Below are positions 9,533-18,412 of a stretch of DNA of 52,165 nt, piece by piece. This stretch comes from Gemmatimonadota bacterium. GTDB lineage: Bacteria > 4572-55 > J002. The first letter of the stretch is position 1; the number at the start of each line of letters is the position of its first letter. Made by a program: the position numbers and the translations under genes. Location of the stretch: positions 1-52,165 of the forward strand of contig RFFQ01000005.1 in NCBI GenBank assembly GCA_003697105.1, in the 5' to 3' direction. The notes under the pieces were generated by a model. That model was not told the origin of the DNA, searched no databases, and saw nothing but the letters and a program-made list of their open reading frames with translations.

Positions 9533-11533
9533 ATGACGAAACCAAAGCGTAAACCATCAACAAATAAAAGGTGGAGGACGGTTGCTCCGGTAATCGTCCT
9601 TTTGTTGATTTTCTGGGCGGTCAGTCTAGTGGTCGCCGTGAATTACACCAATACAATCATTTTTAAGCCAGTAGTCGCAACTTCTGGGGTTTTCTTGTTT
9701 TGGCTGGTCACGTTAGTCATTGTTTTACGCACTCGGCAACGGAGTGTATCGCTCAGTCCGCTTTCCATTTCGATGCTGGTATGGCTGTTAGCGGTTTCAT
9801 TTTCGTTCGCTTTTGCCGCGTATCCCTTTTTTAGCTATTTACGTTGGAGCGAGGTTTGTACTGGGGTGATGTTTGCGTGGTTGGTTTCGATCTGGGTGCG
9901 CCAACCGCGGGATATATCGATTTTGGCAATGGGTTTAGTCGGTTTGGGGGTGTTGACAGCGGTTTACGGTATCATGCAGCGGTTTGATCTCAGCCCGTTT
10001 GTATGGGACAAACTTCGGGCGAAAGAAATGATGCAAATCTATGGTACACTGGAACGCCTGCGGGTCACGGCTACTTTTGGTCATGGTACGTACTTTGCCG
10101 GATTTCTAGCGATGGTGATTCCGCTAACCGTATTCGTTATGTTTGAGGTCAAAATGCGGTGGCCGCGGGTCATTTTGATGGTCGCTCTTTTGTTCATGGT
10201 GGTCGCGCTCAACTTTACGCTGGGGCGGACGGGGTTTGTATTAGCTGTTCTTGGCGCCATCGGGGTGATCGGGATCCAAGCCGGTTGGCGCCTGTTTCAA
10301 ACACGACGGCAGACCGCAATAACCCTCATCTTCAGCCTACTAACGGCTGCCGTGCTATTTTTACTCTTGCCGGCACATCTGAAAGAACGATTTGTGTCGC
10401 TTTTGAGCCTGAGCGATGCCAGCGCCTACGGTCGATCCCATATTTGGCGAGGTTCGTGGGCAATGTTGCTGGAACGCCCGATGTGGGGCTGGGGTACAGG
10501 ACTCTTTTTTCAATATTTTCCCCGATTTCGCCCCCCCAATTATAGCGATTTTGGGATGGAAGACCGCGTGACGCATGCCCACAACGAACTGCTCGAAATC
10601 GGAGCAGAACAGGGCATCACTGGCATGGTACTTTTTCTTCTTCTCATCGGCATCAGTTACTGGCAGGTGTGGCGCATCGTTACCCACCACCACGGAAGGT
10701 TGCGTCGCTGGGCATTGATGTTCGCGTTAGTGTTGTCGATCATCATTGCGGATGGTTTGGTTAGTGTCAATTTGCGGATGCCTACGGGACATTTGCTGTT
10801 TTGGTTCGTTCTGGGTGGGATCAATGCGCTCTACCAGATGGCCAACTGCCAAACCGTCCGGTCGATCCCGCTTGCGGTACCCCCCATCTGGGCAGGTCTC
10901 ATCGTGATTAGCGGTATTTTGGTCGGAAATAGCTTGTTGCAATGGCACATACTCAGCTCGGATCGGGAATTATACAAGGGCTGGGCACTCCGGTATCAAG
11001 GGCGAAGCGCACAAGCAATTCCCTATTTGAACGCGGCACTGGCAAAAAATCCGTACAACCTCTATGCCTATTACCAGTTAGGGGTTGCGCACTTTTCACA
11101 AGAAAATTATTTTGAAAGTCTAGCCGCATTTGAACATCTGTTGCAAAAATCGCCGTACTACCCTGAAGCCATAAAAAATATTGGTTTGGTATATAAACGG
11201 CTGAACCAACCCCAACAGGCAATTGAATATCTGGAGCGGTCACTGGATCAAAACGCAACCGCATCAACGTATTTTACTCTGGCAGAATTGTACCGCACGA
11301 TTGGGGATACCACCCGGATGATTAACCGGATTGCAGCCTATTTACCCAAAGCCGCTCAACAAATGGCATTAGCACCCGACGAAGAAACAAAAACTGAAAT
11401 CCAACAAGCGTGCGCCTGGTGGTATGAGTCTGGTCAAGATTATCCACGCCAATTGGAAGTGTACCAACATCTGAATATCGATTTTGTCAAAAGTTATATC
11501 GACTCAATAAAACAGAGACTTGAGGAGCAGTAA
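9533..11533 (+). CDS. O-antigen ligase/oligosaccharyltransferase-like (Wzy_C) membrane protein with C-terminal TPRs
   Basis: Multiple TMs, ATFGH, R..IW, GWGTG, HAHNELLE..AEQG motifs; TPR repeats at C-terminus. Confidence 0.88.
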   Translation: MTKPKRKPSTNKRWRTVAPVIVLLLIFWAVSLVVAVNYTNTIIFKPVVATSGVFLFWLVTLVIVLRTRQRSVSLSPLSISMLVWLLAVSFSFAFAAYPFFSYLRWSEVCTGVMFAWLVSIWVRQPRDISILAMGLVGLGVLTAVYGIMQRFDLSPFVWDKLRAKEMMQIYGTLERLRVTATFGHGTYFAGFLAMVIPLTVFVMFEVKMRWPRVILMVALLFMVVALNFTLGRTGFVLAVLGAIGVIGIQAGWRLFQTRRQTAITLIFSLLTAAVLFLLLPAHLKERFVSLLSLSDASAYGRSHIWRGSWAMLLERPMWGWGTGLFFQYFPRFRPPNYSDFGMEDRVTHAHNELLEIGAEQGITGMVLFLLLIGISYWQVWRIVTHHHGRLRRWALMFALVLSIIIADGLVSVNLRMPTGHLLFWFVLGGINALYQMANCQTVRSIPLAVPPIWAGLIVISGILVGNSLLQWHILSSDRELYKGWALRYQGRSAQAIPYLNAALAKNPYNLYAYYQLGVAHFSQENYFESLAAFEHLLQKSPYYPEAIKNIGLVYKRLNQPQQAIEYLERSLDQNATASTYFTLAELYRTIGDTTRMINRIAAYLPKAAQQMALAPDEETKTEIQQACAWWYESGQDYPRQLEVYQHLNIDFVKSYIDSIKQRLEEQ

Positions 11534-11537
11534 CCCC

Positions 11538-12545
11538 ATGGAAAAAAAGCGATTAGGAAATCTGGAATTAGACAAAAAGATTCTACTTGCCCCGATGGCA
11601 GGTATCACAAATTCCGCCTTCCGGTCATTGGCGAAGGAATACGGCGCGGGAGTGGTTTACACCGAGATGGTTAGTTCCGATGGCTTGGTCCGAGGCGGTA
11701 AAAACTCAAAATCAGAACAATTAATGCAGTTTGAAGACGAAGAGCGTCCACTGGGAATACAGGTTTTTGGTTGCAAGCCCGATGTTATGGAAAAAGCCAC
11801 CCAACGAGTTGCGGAGAGCGAACCGAATATCATCGATATTAATTTTGGCTGTCCGGTACACAAAGTGGTCAAACGGAATGGTGGGTCATCATTGCTCCGA
11901 GATGTTCCACTCTTGCGGGAGATTATCAGTGCGGTGATTTCCGGGGCGGGGCGGATTCCGGTAAGCATCAAAATTCGTACAGGTTGGGATCATAAGTCGA
12001 TCAATTGTGTGGAAGTCGCCCAATTAGCAGAAGAATTGGGTTGCTGTGCAGTGACCGTACACGGGCGCACCCGTTCCCAAATGTTTTCGGGACAGGCAGA
12101 TTTAAGCTGGATTCGGAAGGTCAAAGAAGCCGTCCGTATTCCGGTGGTGGGCAACGGGGATGTGAACACTCCAGAAGATGCCAAACGCATGTTTGATGAA
12201 ACAGGCTGTGATTTTATCATGATTGCCCGCGGTGCATTGGCGGGTCCCTGGGCGTTTTATCGCATCAATCATTATTTGGAAACCGGTGAGATTCTCCCCG
12301 AACCTCCGATGGAAGAAAAGATCGATTTTGCCATGCGCCACCTCAAGATGACCTGCGACCTCAAAGGCGAAGCGATCGGCGTGCGGGAAGTACGTAAACA
12401 TGTGGCATGGTACACCAAAGGTTGGACAGGAGGCGCAAAACTTCGACAGGAAATATTTAAAAAATCCCGCGTGAACGAAATAGAAGACCTCTTCCGAGAC
12501 TATCTGGATTATATGAAAAAAACAAAAGAGGCAACCATCAATTGA
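11538..12545 (+). CDS. dusB: tRNA-dihydrouridine synthase B
   Basis: LAPMAGIT, TEMVS, DINFGCP, KIRTGW, VHGRTR, GNGDV motifs. Confidence 0.95.
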   Translation: MEKKRLGNLELDKKILLAPMAGITNSAFRSLAKEYGAGVVYTEMVSSDGLVRGGKNSKSEQLMQFEDEERPLGIQVFGCKPDVMEKATQRVAESEPNIIDINFGCPVHKVVKRNGGSSLLRDVPLLREIISAVISGAGRIPVSIKIRTGWDHKSINCVEVAQLAEELGCCAVTVHGRTRSQMFSGQADLSWIRKVKEAVRIPVVGNGDVNTPEDAKRMFDETGCDFIMIARGALAGPWAFYRINHYLETGEILPEPPMEEKIDFAMRHLKMTCDLKGEAIGVREVRKHVAWYTKGWTGGAKLRQEIFKKSRVNEIEDLFRDYLDYMKKTKEATIN

Positions 12546-12646
12546 CGTTGTAAATCCTTCCGAATATGCGGGTTTCTTTGAGGCGCCACGATTATAGTTA
12601 CCGGTATGGGTGAGGATGGAAACCACCGAGCACCCCCATTACCTTC

Positions 12647-12702
12647 ATCATAAATTCCGAGTTCCAAATTTTTAATTCGTAAATCCCCATTCTTCATTAT
12701 CC
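12647..12702 (+). repeat. Degenerate heptamer-periodic tract (ATTCnnA-like) upstream of gdhA
   Basis: ATCATAA ATTCCGA GTTCCAA ATTTTTA ATTCGTA AATCCCC ATTCTTC ATTATCC. Confidence 0.5.
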
Positions 12703-12722
12703 ACAGTTAGGAGGTTGTGCTA

Positions 12723-13985
12723 ATGGCAGAAAAACTCAATGTGCATGAGATGGCACTCATGCAGTTTCATAATGCGGCGGATGCGATTAATCTTAGCGCT
12801 GATATTCGTCGAATCTTAGAAAAACCAATGAACCAGTTTAAGGTGAATTTTCCGGTCAAGATGGACGACGGACACATTCAGGTTTTTCAGGGTTACCGGA
12901 TGCAACATAACAACGTGCTAGGACCGTTTAAGGGGGGGTTGCGGTATCACCCGACGGTCAACACAGCAGAGAGCATCGCCCTCGCCATGTGGATGACGTG
13001 GAAGAGTGCACTGGTCGATATTCCCTTTGGTGGGGCAAAAGGTGGCATCCAAATCGATCCCAGTCAATACTCGAAAGGAGAAATTGAACGGGTGACCCGG
13101 CGGTTTACCTATGCCCTCGGTCAAACCATTGGGCCTGAATTTGATATTCCTGCCCCAGATGTCAATACCAATGCTCAAACGATGGCGTGGATTTTAGATA
13201 CATACCTGCTGACCGTTCCACCCCACGAACGGCATGCCCACATCCACGTGGTGACCGGCAAACCGCTTGGCAGTGGAGGCAGTGAAGGGCGCGACAAAGC
13301 TACCGGTCAAGGTGTGGTTTACCTGATCGAGGAATGGGCAAATGACCGTGCATTCCCGCTAAAAAATGCCACCTATATGGTGCAAGGTTTCGGTAATGTG
13401 GGGTCCTGGTCTGCACGGCTGCTCAAACCGTTTGGCGCCAAAATGGTAGCTGTGCAGGATCACACCGGGTCCATTCGCAATTATAAGGGTATCGACCCGG
13501 ATGACCTCTACCAGTACGTCCAAAGTACCGGTGGTGTAAAAGATTATCCACAAGCGGAAGCCATCGACCCCGACGATTTCTTCGCCTCTGAAGCCGATAT
13601 TTTCATCCCCGCAGCACTGAGTGAAGTCATTACAGAAGATATTGCCCCCAAATTGAAAGTTAAATTAGTGGCGGAAGGCGCCAATGGTCCCACTACCCCG
13701 CATGGCGACCGCATCCTACGCGAACATGGGGTTAGTGTCATTCCTGATGTGCTTTGTAATGCCGGTGGCGTAACCGTTAGCTATTTTGAATGGTTGCAAA
13801 ATAAACGCAGTGAATTCTGGGATATTGAAGAGGTCGATATGAAACTCCGCCGTCGCTTGACCAAAGCCTACCGTCACATCACCAATATTGCTAAACAACA
13901 CGATTGTGATCTGCGTACCGGTGCATACATCGCCGCCCTCCTGCGGATTGAAAATACATACAAACACCGGGGAATTTTTCCGTAA
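12723..13985 (+). CDS. gdhA: Glutamate dehydrogenase (Glu/Leu/Phe/Val family)
   Basis: GPFKGGLRY, PFGGAKGG, DIPAPD, VTGKP, QGFGNVG, EGANGP; AGGAGG RBS. Confidence 0.95.
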   Translation: MAEKLNVHEMALMQFHNAADAINLSADIRRILEKPMNQFKVNFPVKMDDGHIQVFQGYRMQHNNVLGPFKGGLRYHPTVNTAESIALAMWMTWKSALVDIPFGGAKGGIQIDPSQYSKGEIERVTRRFTYALGQTIGPEFDIPAPDVNTNAQTMAWILDTYLLTVPPHERHAHIHVVTGKPLGSGGSEGRDKATGQGVVYLIEEWANDRAFPLKNATYMVQGFGNVGSWSARLLKPFGAKMVAVQDHTGSIRNYKGIDPDDLYQYVQSTGGVKDYPQAEAIDPDDFFASEADIFIPAALSEVITEDIAPKLKVKLVAEGANGPTTPHGDRILREHGVSVIPDVLCNAGGVTVSYFEWLQNKRSEFWDIEEVDMKLRRRLTKAYRHITNIAKQHDCDLRTGAYIAALLRIENTYKHRGIFP

Positions 13986-13986
13986 T

Positions 13987-14260
13987 GAGTTTTACGAGTT
14001 TGATGAGTTGGGGAGTTTGGGAGTTTTATGAGTTGGGGAGTTCGGGAGTTTGACGAGTTTTATGAGTTGGGGAGTTGGGGAGTTCGGGAGTTTGACGAGT
14101 TGGGGAGTTCGGGAGTTGGGGAGTTTGACGAGTTGGGGAGTTTGACGAGTTGGGGAGTTTGACGAGTTCGGGAGTTTGACGAGTTTGGTGAGTTTGGGAG
14201 TTCGGGAGTTCGGGAGTTTGACGAGTTTGTGAGTTTGACGAGTTTGTGAGTTGGGAAGTT
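13987..14260 (+). repeat. Combinatorial tandem array: 32 GAGTT cores (+1 AAGTT) separated by 3-4 nt linkers
   Basis: Manual parse: linkers drawn from GGG, CGG, TGG, TGT, TGAC, TTAT, TTAC, TGAT, TGGT; begins 1 nt after the gdhA TAA and ends 6 nt before the four-helix-bundle ATG. Confidence 0.97.
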
Positions 14261-14266
14261 GATATT

Positions 14267-14571
14267 ATGAGCCAAACAATAGAACGATTTGAGCAAATTC
14301 AGGCATGGCAAAAAGCGCGAGGTTTAACTCGTCAGGTGTACTCCATCACTCAAAATAGAACGTTTACAAAGGATTTCTCACTAAAAGATCAACTTAGGCG
14401 AGCCTCAAATTCTATCATGCTCAACATTGCAGAGGGTTTCGCTCTGCTCTATATATTGCTCTGGGTCACAGTTATATTTCGGAACCAGAGTTTCAATAGA
14501 TTGATGATGTTGCAAGTGAGGTTTCAAAAATAATTGCCGGATGTGTTCGACCTCTGAATTTTCGCAAATAA
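14267..14571 (+). pseudogene. Four-helix-bundle protein (23S rRNA IVP/bAvd-like family) pseudogene
   Basis: MSQTIERFEQIQAWQKAR...LKDQLRRASNSIMLNIAEGF, then internal deletion and frameshift at ~14443; continuation SALYIALGHSYISEPEFQ*IDDVASEVSKIIAG in another frame with premature TAG at 14497-14499. Confidence 0.9.
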
Positions 14572-14583
14572 CTCACGAAACTC
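14570..14583 (-). repeat. Two reverse-complement GAGTT units (AACTC-ACGA-AACTC) closing the four-helix-bundle cassette
   Basis: Lies between the pseudogene stop and the next ATG (14585); reverse complement is GAGTT-TCGT-GAGTT. Confidence 0.7.
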
Positions 14584-14584
14584 A

Positions 14585-15436
14585 ATGAATACAAAAAACA
14601 TTTCCTGGCGATTTTTAGATACCGGTGCACACGGTCCCGCCTATAACATGGCAGTGGATGAAGCCTTAATGCATCTTTGTACCCAACCAACATTGCGGGT
14701 ATACCGGTGGCAACCTTACACGATCTCTTTCGGTTATGGGCAGGAGATCGAGCAAGAGATCGATGTCGATGCACTCCACCGTTTCGGCTTCGGTTATGTG
14801 CGGCGTCCGACCGGTGGACGGGCGGTACTACATGCACACGAACTGACCTACAGTATCACCGTACGAGTGGACCAAGTCGAGTTTGGGAATAACGTTCTGG
14901 AAACCTACCGCTGGATCAGCCAAGGGCTACTGAACGCGCTCTCTGTACTAGGGGTTACGGAGGCAGAACTCCAAAAATCCCGCTTACCCGAGAAACGCAC
15001 CCACGGAAATCCCTGTTTTACCAGTGCTGGGCGCTATGAAATCTGCGTGAATAATCGAAAAATTATCGGTAGTGCCCAGCGCCGGACACAAGGACACATC
15101 TTACAGCATGGCTCATTTTTGATTGGGTCTGAACATCTCAGACTGATCGATTGTATTCCTCATTTAGAACCTACCCAACGCGAGCGCCTACGGCAAATTC
15201 TCACCCGTAAAACTATCGATTTAGAGACGTTGTTGCATCGGCCGGTATCTTACGAAGAAGTCGCCGGTGCTATGAAAACCGGCTTTCAACACGCATTTGA
15301 TTTGAATTTTGAAGATGGGTCATTGACATCTGAAGAAGAAAAATTATCTTATAGCTTGATCGAAAAGTACCGTTCCACAGCATGGAATTGGGAGCGAAAA
15401 CCGCGTCAATATCAATGGATAGGAGATGTCCCATGA
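14585..15436 (+). CDS. Lipoate-protein ligase A family / LipM-like octanoyltransferase
   Basis: NMAVDEAL, VRRPTGGRAVLH, CF, RKIIGSAQ, LQHGS. Confidence 0.92.
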   Translation: MNTKNISWRFLDTGAHGPAYNMAVDEALMHLCTQPTLRVYRWQPYTISFGYGQEIEQEIDVDALHRFGFGYVRRPTGGRAVLHAHELTYSITVRVDQVEFGNNVLETYRWISQGLLNALSVLGVTEAELQKSRLPEKRTHGNPCFTSAGRYEICVNNRKIIGSAQRRTQGHILQHGSFLIGSEHLRLIDCIPHLEPTQRERLRQILTRKTIDLETLLHRPVSYEEVAGAMKTGFQHAFDLNFEDGSLTSEEEKLSYSLIEKYRSTAWNWERKPRQYQWIGDVP

Positions 15437-15723
15437 AACCCCCTCCAGAGAATCAAGCGTTTAATAGCAAATTGACATTTCAAGCCAAAGCCATCTTTAA
15501 TAGTTTAGGCTTGGATACCCGTAAATTGCGATTCAGCGTTTCCGGCGGGCGCATTTCCGTCACGGGTCCGTTTAAGCCACGCCGTTCAGACCTAAGTAAA
15601 GAAGAAAAGTTGAAAAAAGTGATGATCCTCGAACAGGAACTCAGTAAAATCCCCAAAGTAAAAGGGGTTTCACTCAGACTAAAGGGCGCCACCAAGCGTA
15701 ACGGCAAATGGGTCGTTTCCTAA
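15433..15723 (+). CDS. Small basic hypothetical protein (BON-like fold possible)
   Basis: AGGAG RBS, ATGA coupling to the upstream gene; helix-strand-strand(G.ISVTG)-helix-(IPKVKGV) pattern. Confidence 0.6.
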   Translation: MKPPPENQAFNSKLTFQAKAIFNSLGLDTRKLRFSVSGGRISVTGPFKPRRSDLSKEEKLKKVMILEQELSKIPKVKGVSLRLKGATKRNGKWVVS

Positions 15724-16235
15724 ACCGAGTCTATCTTCTGCTTGCTCTGCCGCTGATGGTGATTATCACCGGCTGTACCGGCAATGTCTCATCAACGCGA
15801 GGAATAGCACTGCCCTCCCCGCCCGAACAACAGGAATCTCACCGAGATGAGATCAATCCCCGCTTAGACCCCCAGATTCTGGAACAGGCATTGCGGGATT
15901 GGTGGGGCACCCCGTACCAATACGGCGGGGAGAGCTATCATGGGGTGGATTGTTCGGCGTTGATGGTTGATTTCTACCGGCGTTGGGGCTACCGCCTACC
16001 CCGCACCACCGCAGAACAAATTCAAAAGGGGAAAGCGGTAAACTTACGCCAGTTGTGGATCGGAGACTTGCTCTTTTTTGCGATGAAACGCCGGGGGCAG
16101 GTCTCGCATGTGGGAATGTACGTGGGGGAGGGGCAGTTTGTCCATGCCAGCACATCGCAAGGTGTCACCGTTGCTCCCCTGTGGAATGAATATTACCAAC
16201 GCCGCTTACTGATGGCAAAACGAATGGTCTGGTGA
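15708..16235 (+). CDS. NlpC/P60 cell-wall peptidase lipoprotein
   Basis: Lipobox IITGC; GTPYQYGG, DCS, LPRT, HVGMY, FVHAS. Confidence 0.93.
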   Translation: MGRFLNRVYLLLALPLMVIITGCTGNVSSTRGIALPSPPEQQESHRDEINPRLDPQILEQALRDWWGTPYQYGGESYHGVDCSALMVDFYRRWGYRLPRTTAEQIQKGKAVNLRQLWIGDLLFFAMKRRGQVSHVGMYVGEGQFVHASTSQGVTVAPLWNEYYQRRLLMAKRMVW

Positions 16236-16332
16236 CCAGATAACACCGCTAGAACCGGAACAATGCACCGAAGCCGCTCCATAGAAAAGCGATTTATTCA
16301 CATAACACGTGCAATTTAAGAGTAAAATCCGA

Positions 16333-16854
16333 ATGAATACAATACGCCCCCCATTTTTGATCGAACGATTGCGCGCGAATACGCCCATCATCCAAGGTTT
16401 GATTGCCGGGGTCAGTATGGAACAAGCCCGCTGGAAACCTGCTCCAGAAAAATGGTCGATCCTAGAAGTGATCAATCATTTGTATGATGAAGAACGGGAG
16501 GACTTCCGCCAGCGGCTAGACTATACGCTCCACAAACCCGGCGCAGATTGGCCACCCATCAACCCCCAGAAGTGGGTCACCGAACGCCGCTATAATGAAC
16601 GCGATCTGGCAGAATCCCTCCACCGTTTTCTCACGGAACGTCAAGCATCATTGGAATGGCTTCACCAGCTAGAAAACCCGAATTGGGAACATTACAAAGA
16701 CCATCCGATAGCACCCCGCATCACCGCCAACCGGTTGCTTGCGTGCTGGGTTGCCCATGATCTGCTGCATATCCGCCAATTGAACGCCTTGCACTGGGCA
16801 TATTTGAACCATCTCAGTGGCGAAGGTTCCCTGGATTATGCAGGTGAGTGGTGA
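16333..16854 (+). CDS. DinB family protein
   Basis: KWSILEVINHL.DEE and WVAHDLLHIRQ motifs; start approximate. Confidence 0.9.
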   Translation: MNTIRPPFLIERLRANTPIIQGLIAGVSMEQARWKPAPEKWSILEVINHLYDEEREDFRQRLDYTLHKPGADWPPINPQKWVTERRYNERDLAESLHRFLTERQASLEWLHQLENPNWEHYKDHPIAPRITANRLLACWVAHDLLHIRQLNALHWAYLNHLSGEGSLDYAGEW

Positions 16855-16860
16855 AAACCC

Positions 16861-17886
16861 ATGGTTAAACTGATTCGTAATTTACTCATTGTCATGCTCA
16901 TGCTGGGGTTGGTTCTGATGGGTGTCGCCTTTTACGTGTATCAGACCCTTGCCACCCAATCGATTCTCATCACCAATCCGCAATTGATCGTTATTCCGCA
17001 GGGTGCCAGTCTGACAAAAATTGGTGATCTGCTCCAATCGGAAGGAATCATCACCGATGCCGGTGATTTTATCTTGCTTTCTAAAATTCAGGGACAAACC
17101 ACCCAACTCAAAGCCGGTCGTTACCAGCTTTCACCCGGTCAGACCTTACTCGATGTGATTCACCAACTGGCGGCAGGAAAAACCCATGAGGAAACGATCA
17201 CAATCCCAGAAGGGTTGACGCGCCATGAAATTGCCAGCCGGTTACAGCAGTACGCGGGGTTGGATTCGGCGGTGTTCGTCGGTTTGACGGAAAATCCGGT
17301 TTTTTGCCAATCTACCGGCATTAACCAACCCACCTTGGAAGGCTACCTTTTCCCGGACACGTACCGTTTGGAATGGGGTATCACGGAAGAAACACTCATC
17401 CGGCGCATGGTTAATCAGTTTAAAAAGCAGTTGACGGAAAAAGATTTAAACGTAGCGGCAACAATGGGGTTGACGTTGCATGAGGTCGTCACCTTTGCCT
17501 CGCTGGTGGAGAAAGAAACCGCCGTTCCGGAGGAGCGACCGATCATTGCGGGCGTGTTTCATAATCGATTAAAAAAGGGGTGGAAACTGGAAACCGATCC
17601 CACCGTTCTCTATGCCCTCGGTGAGCATAAAAAACGGCTTTTGTACAAAGATTTAGAAGTGGATTCGCCCTACAACACCTACAAATATGCGGGCTTACCC
17701 CCGGGACCGATCTGTAATCCCGGCGCGGCGGCACTAAAAGCGGTGATTTATCCAGCAGAAGTGGAATATTTTTATTTTGTGGCAAAAGGGGATGGGTCCG
17801 GACGGCACACCTTTTCGCGCACCAATCAAGAACACATTGCGGCAAAAAATGAGGCAAAACGCCAGCGACGATTGCGCCAACAGTAA
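16861..17886 (+). CDS. mltG: Endolytic transglycosylase MltG
   Basis: TIPEG, LEGYLFPDTY, ASLVEKE, SPYNTYKYAGLPPGPI. Confidence 0.96.
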   Translation: MVKLIRNLLIVMLMLGLVLMGVAFYVYQTLATQSILITNPQLIVIPQGASLTKIGDLLQSEGIITDAGDFILLSKIQGQTTQLKAGRYQLSPGQTLLDVIHQLAAGKTHEETITIPEGLTRHEIASRLQQYAGLDSAVFVGLTENPVFCQSTGINQPTLEGYLFPDTYRLEWGITEETLIRRMVNQFKKQLTEKDLNVAATMGLTLHEVVTFASLVEKETAVPEERPIIAGVFHNRLKKGWKLETDPTVLYALGEHKKRLLYKDLEVDSPYNTYKYAGLPPGPICNPGAAALKAVIYPAEVEYFYFVAKGDGSGRHTFSRTNQEHIAAKNEAKRQRRLRQQ

Positions 17887-17888
17887 TC

Positions 17889-18194
17889 TTAATCCAATTC
17901 CTGTGCTAACTTCTCCAAATCCGCCTTCAAATGTTGCATCCGATCCGCGATGCACTCCCAATGTACCAATTCCGCGTGGATGCGCCGGCATGCCAGCTCG
18001 TGCGCCTCATCACCGGCATGTTGTTTCATCTCACGGTAGCGTTGTTGATATTCCTTCAGGGTGCATTGGTGCTTTTCCTCAAAATGTTGCAAATCGATTT
18101 CGCATTGGCGGATGTTCTCCGCGATAGCTCGCCGGGAAACTTCAGCCATAAATTTTTCCGTCCAATGAACGGGCTTTGAGGATGGGACAGACAT
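17889..18194 (-). CDS. Small helical hypothetical protein
   Basis: GGAGG RBS before ATG 18194; 101 aa, coiled-coil-like, FEEKH...W pattern. Confidence 0.65.
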   Translation of the reverse strand: MSVPSSKPVHWTEKFMAEVSRRAIAENIRQCEIDLQHFEEKHQCTLKEYQQRYREMKQHAGDEAHELACRRIHAELVHWECIADRMQHLKADLEKLAQELD

Positions 18195-18275
18195 GGATAT
18201 ACCTCCCGGGTAAACAAGGTGTACCAAACCGGATCAGTCTAGCCGTTTTCGGGGGAAAAGGCAAGGAAAATTTGA

Positions 18276-18304
18276 TTGACATCACGTACCAAAAACCGTA
18301 TTCT
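18276..18304 (+). promoter_or_regulatory. Putative sigma70 promoter for trpS-lipB
   Basis: TTGACA-17 bp-TATTCT. Confidence 0.65.
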
Positions 18305-18412
18305 AAGCGGAAAATCCGAAGCGGCGAGGACACAAAGGAAAATAAACCGGTAAGGTTTGATTTTTTAGCGGTTCGGTGGCTTCTCTTAAAAACTTAAACC
18401 CAGATAGAGGAC

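Noticed and set aside
12600-12645. Possible riboswitch upstream of gdhA (GGTGAGGATGGAAACCACCGAGCACC)
   Set aside because: Can form a small stem-loop but lacks the full conserved elements of any riboswitch class I can recognise; an Rfam/Infernal scan would be needed.
13987-14260. GAGTT array as a CRISPR array
   Set aside because: Repeat is 5 nt with 3-4 nt re-used linkers; no unique 25-45 nt spacers and no cas genes in the window.
14060-14311. 83-aa minus-strand ORF (NSSNSRTPELP repeats)
   Set aside because: Simply the translation of the repeat array; no RBS, and antisense to the four-helix-bundle gene.
14267-14571. Diversity-generating retroelement (Avd-like gene)
   Set aside because: No reverse transcriptase and no TR/VR pair with adenine-specific mismatches seen in the window.
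18305-18412. T-box leader upstream of trpS
   Set aside because: Leader is only ~100 nt and lacks the T-box consensus and terminator.
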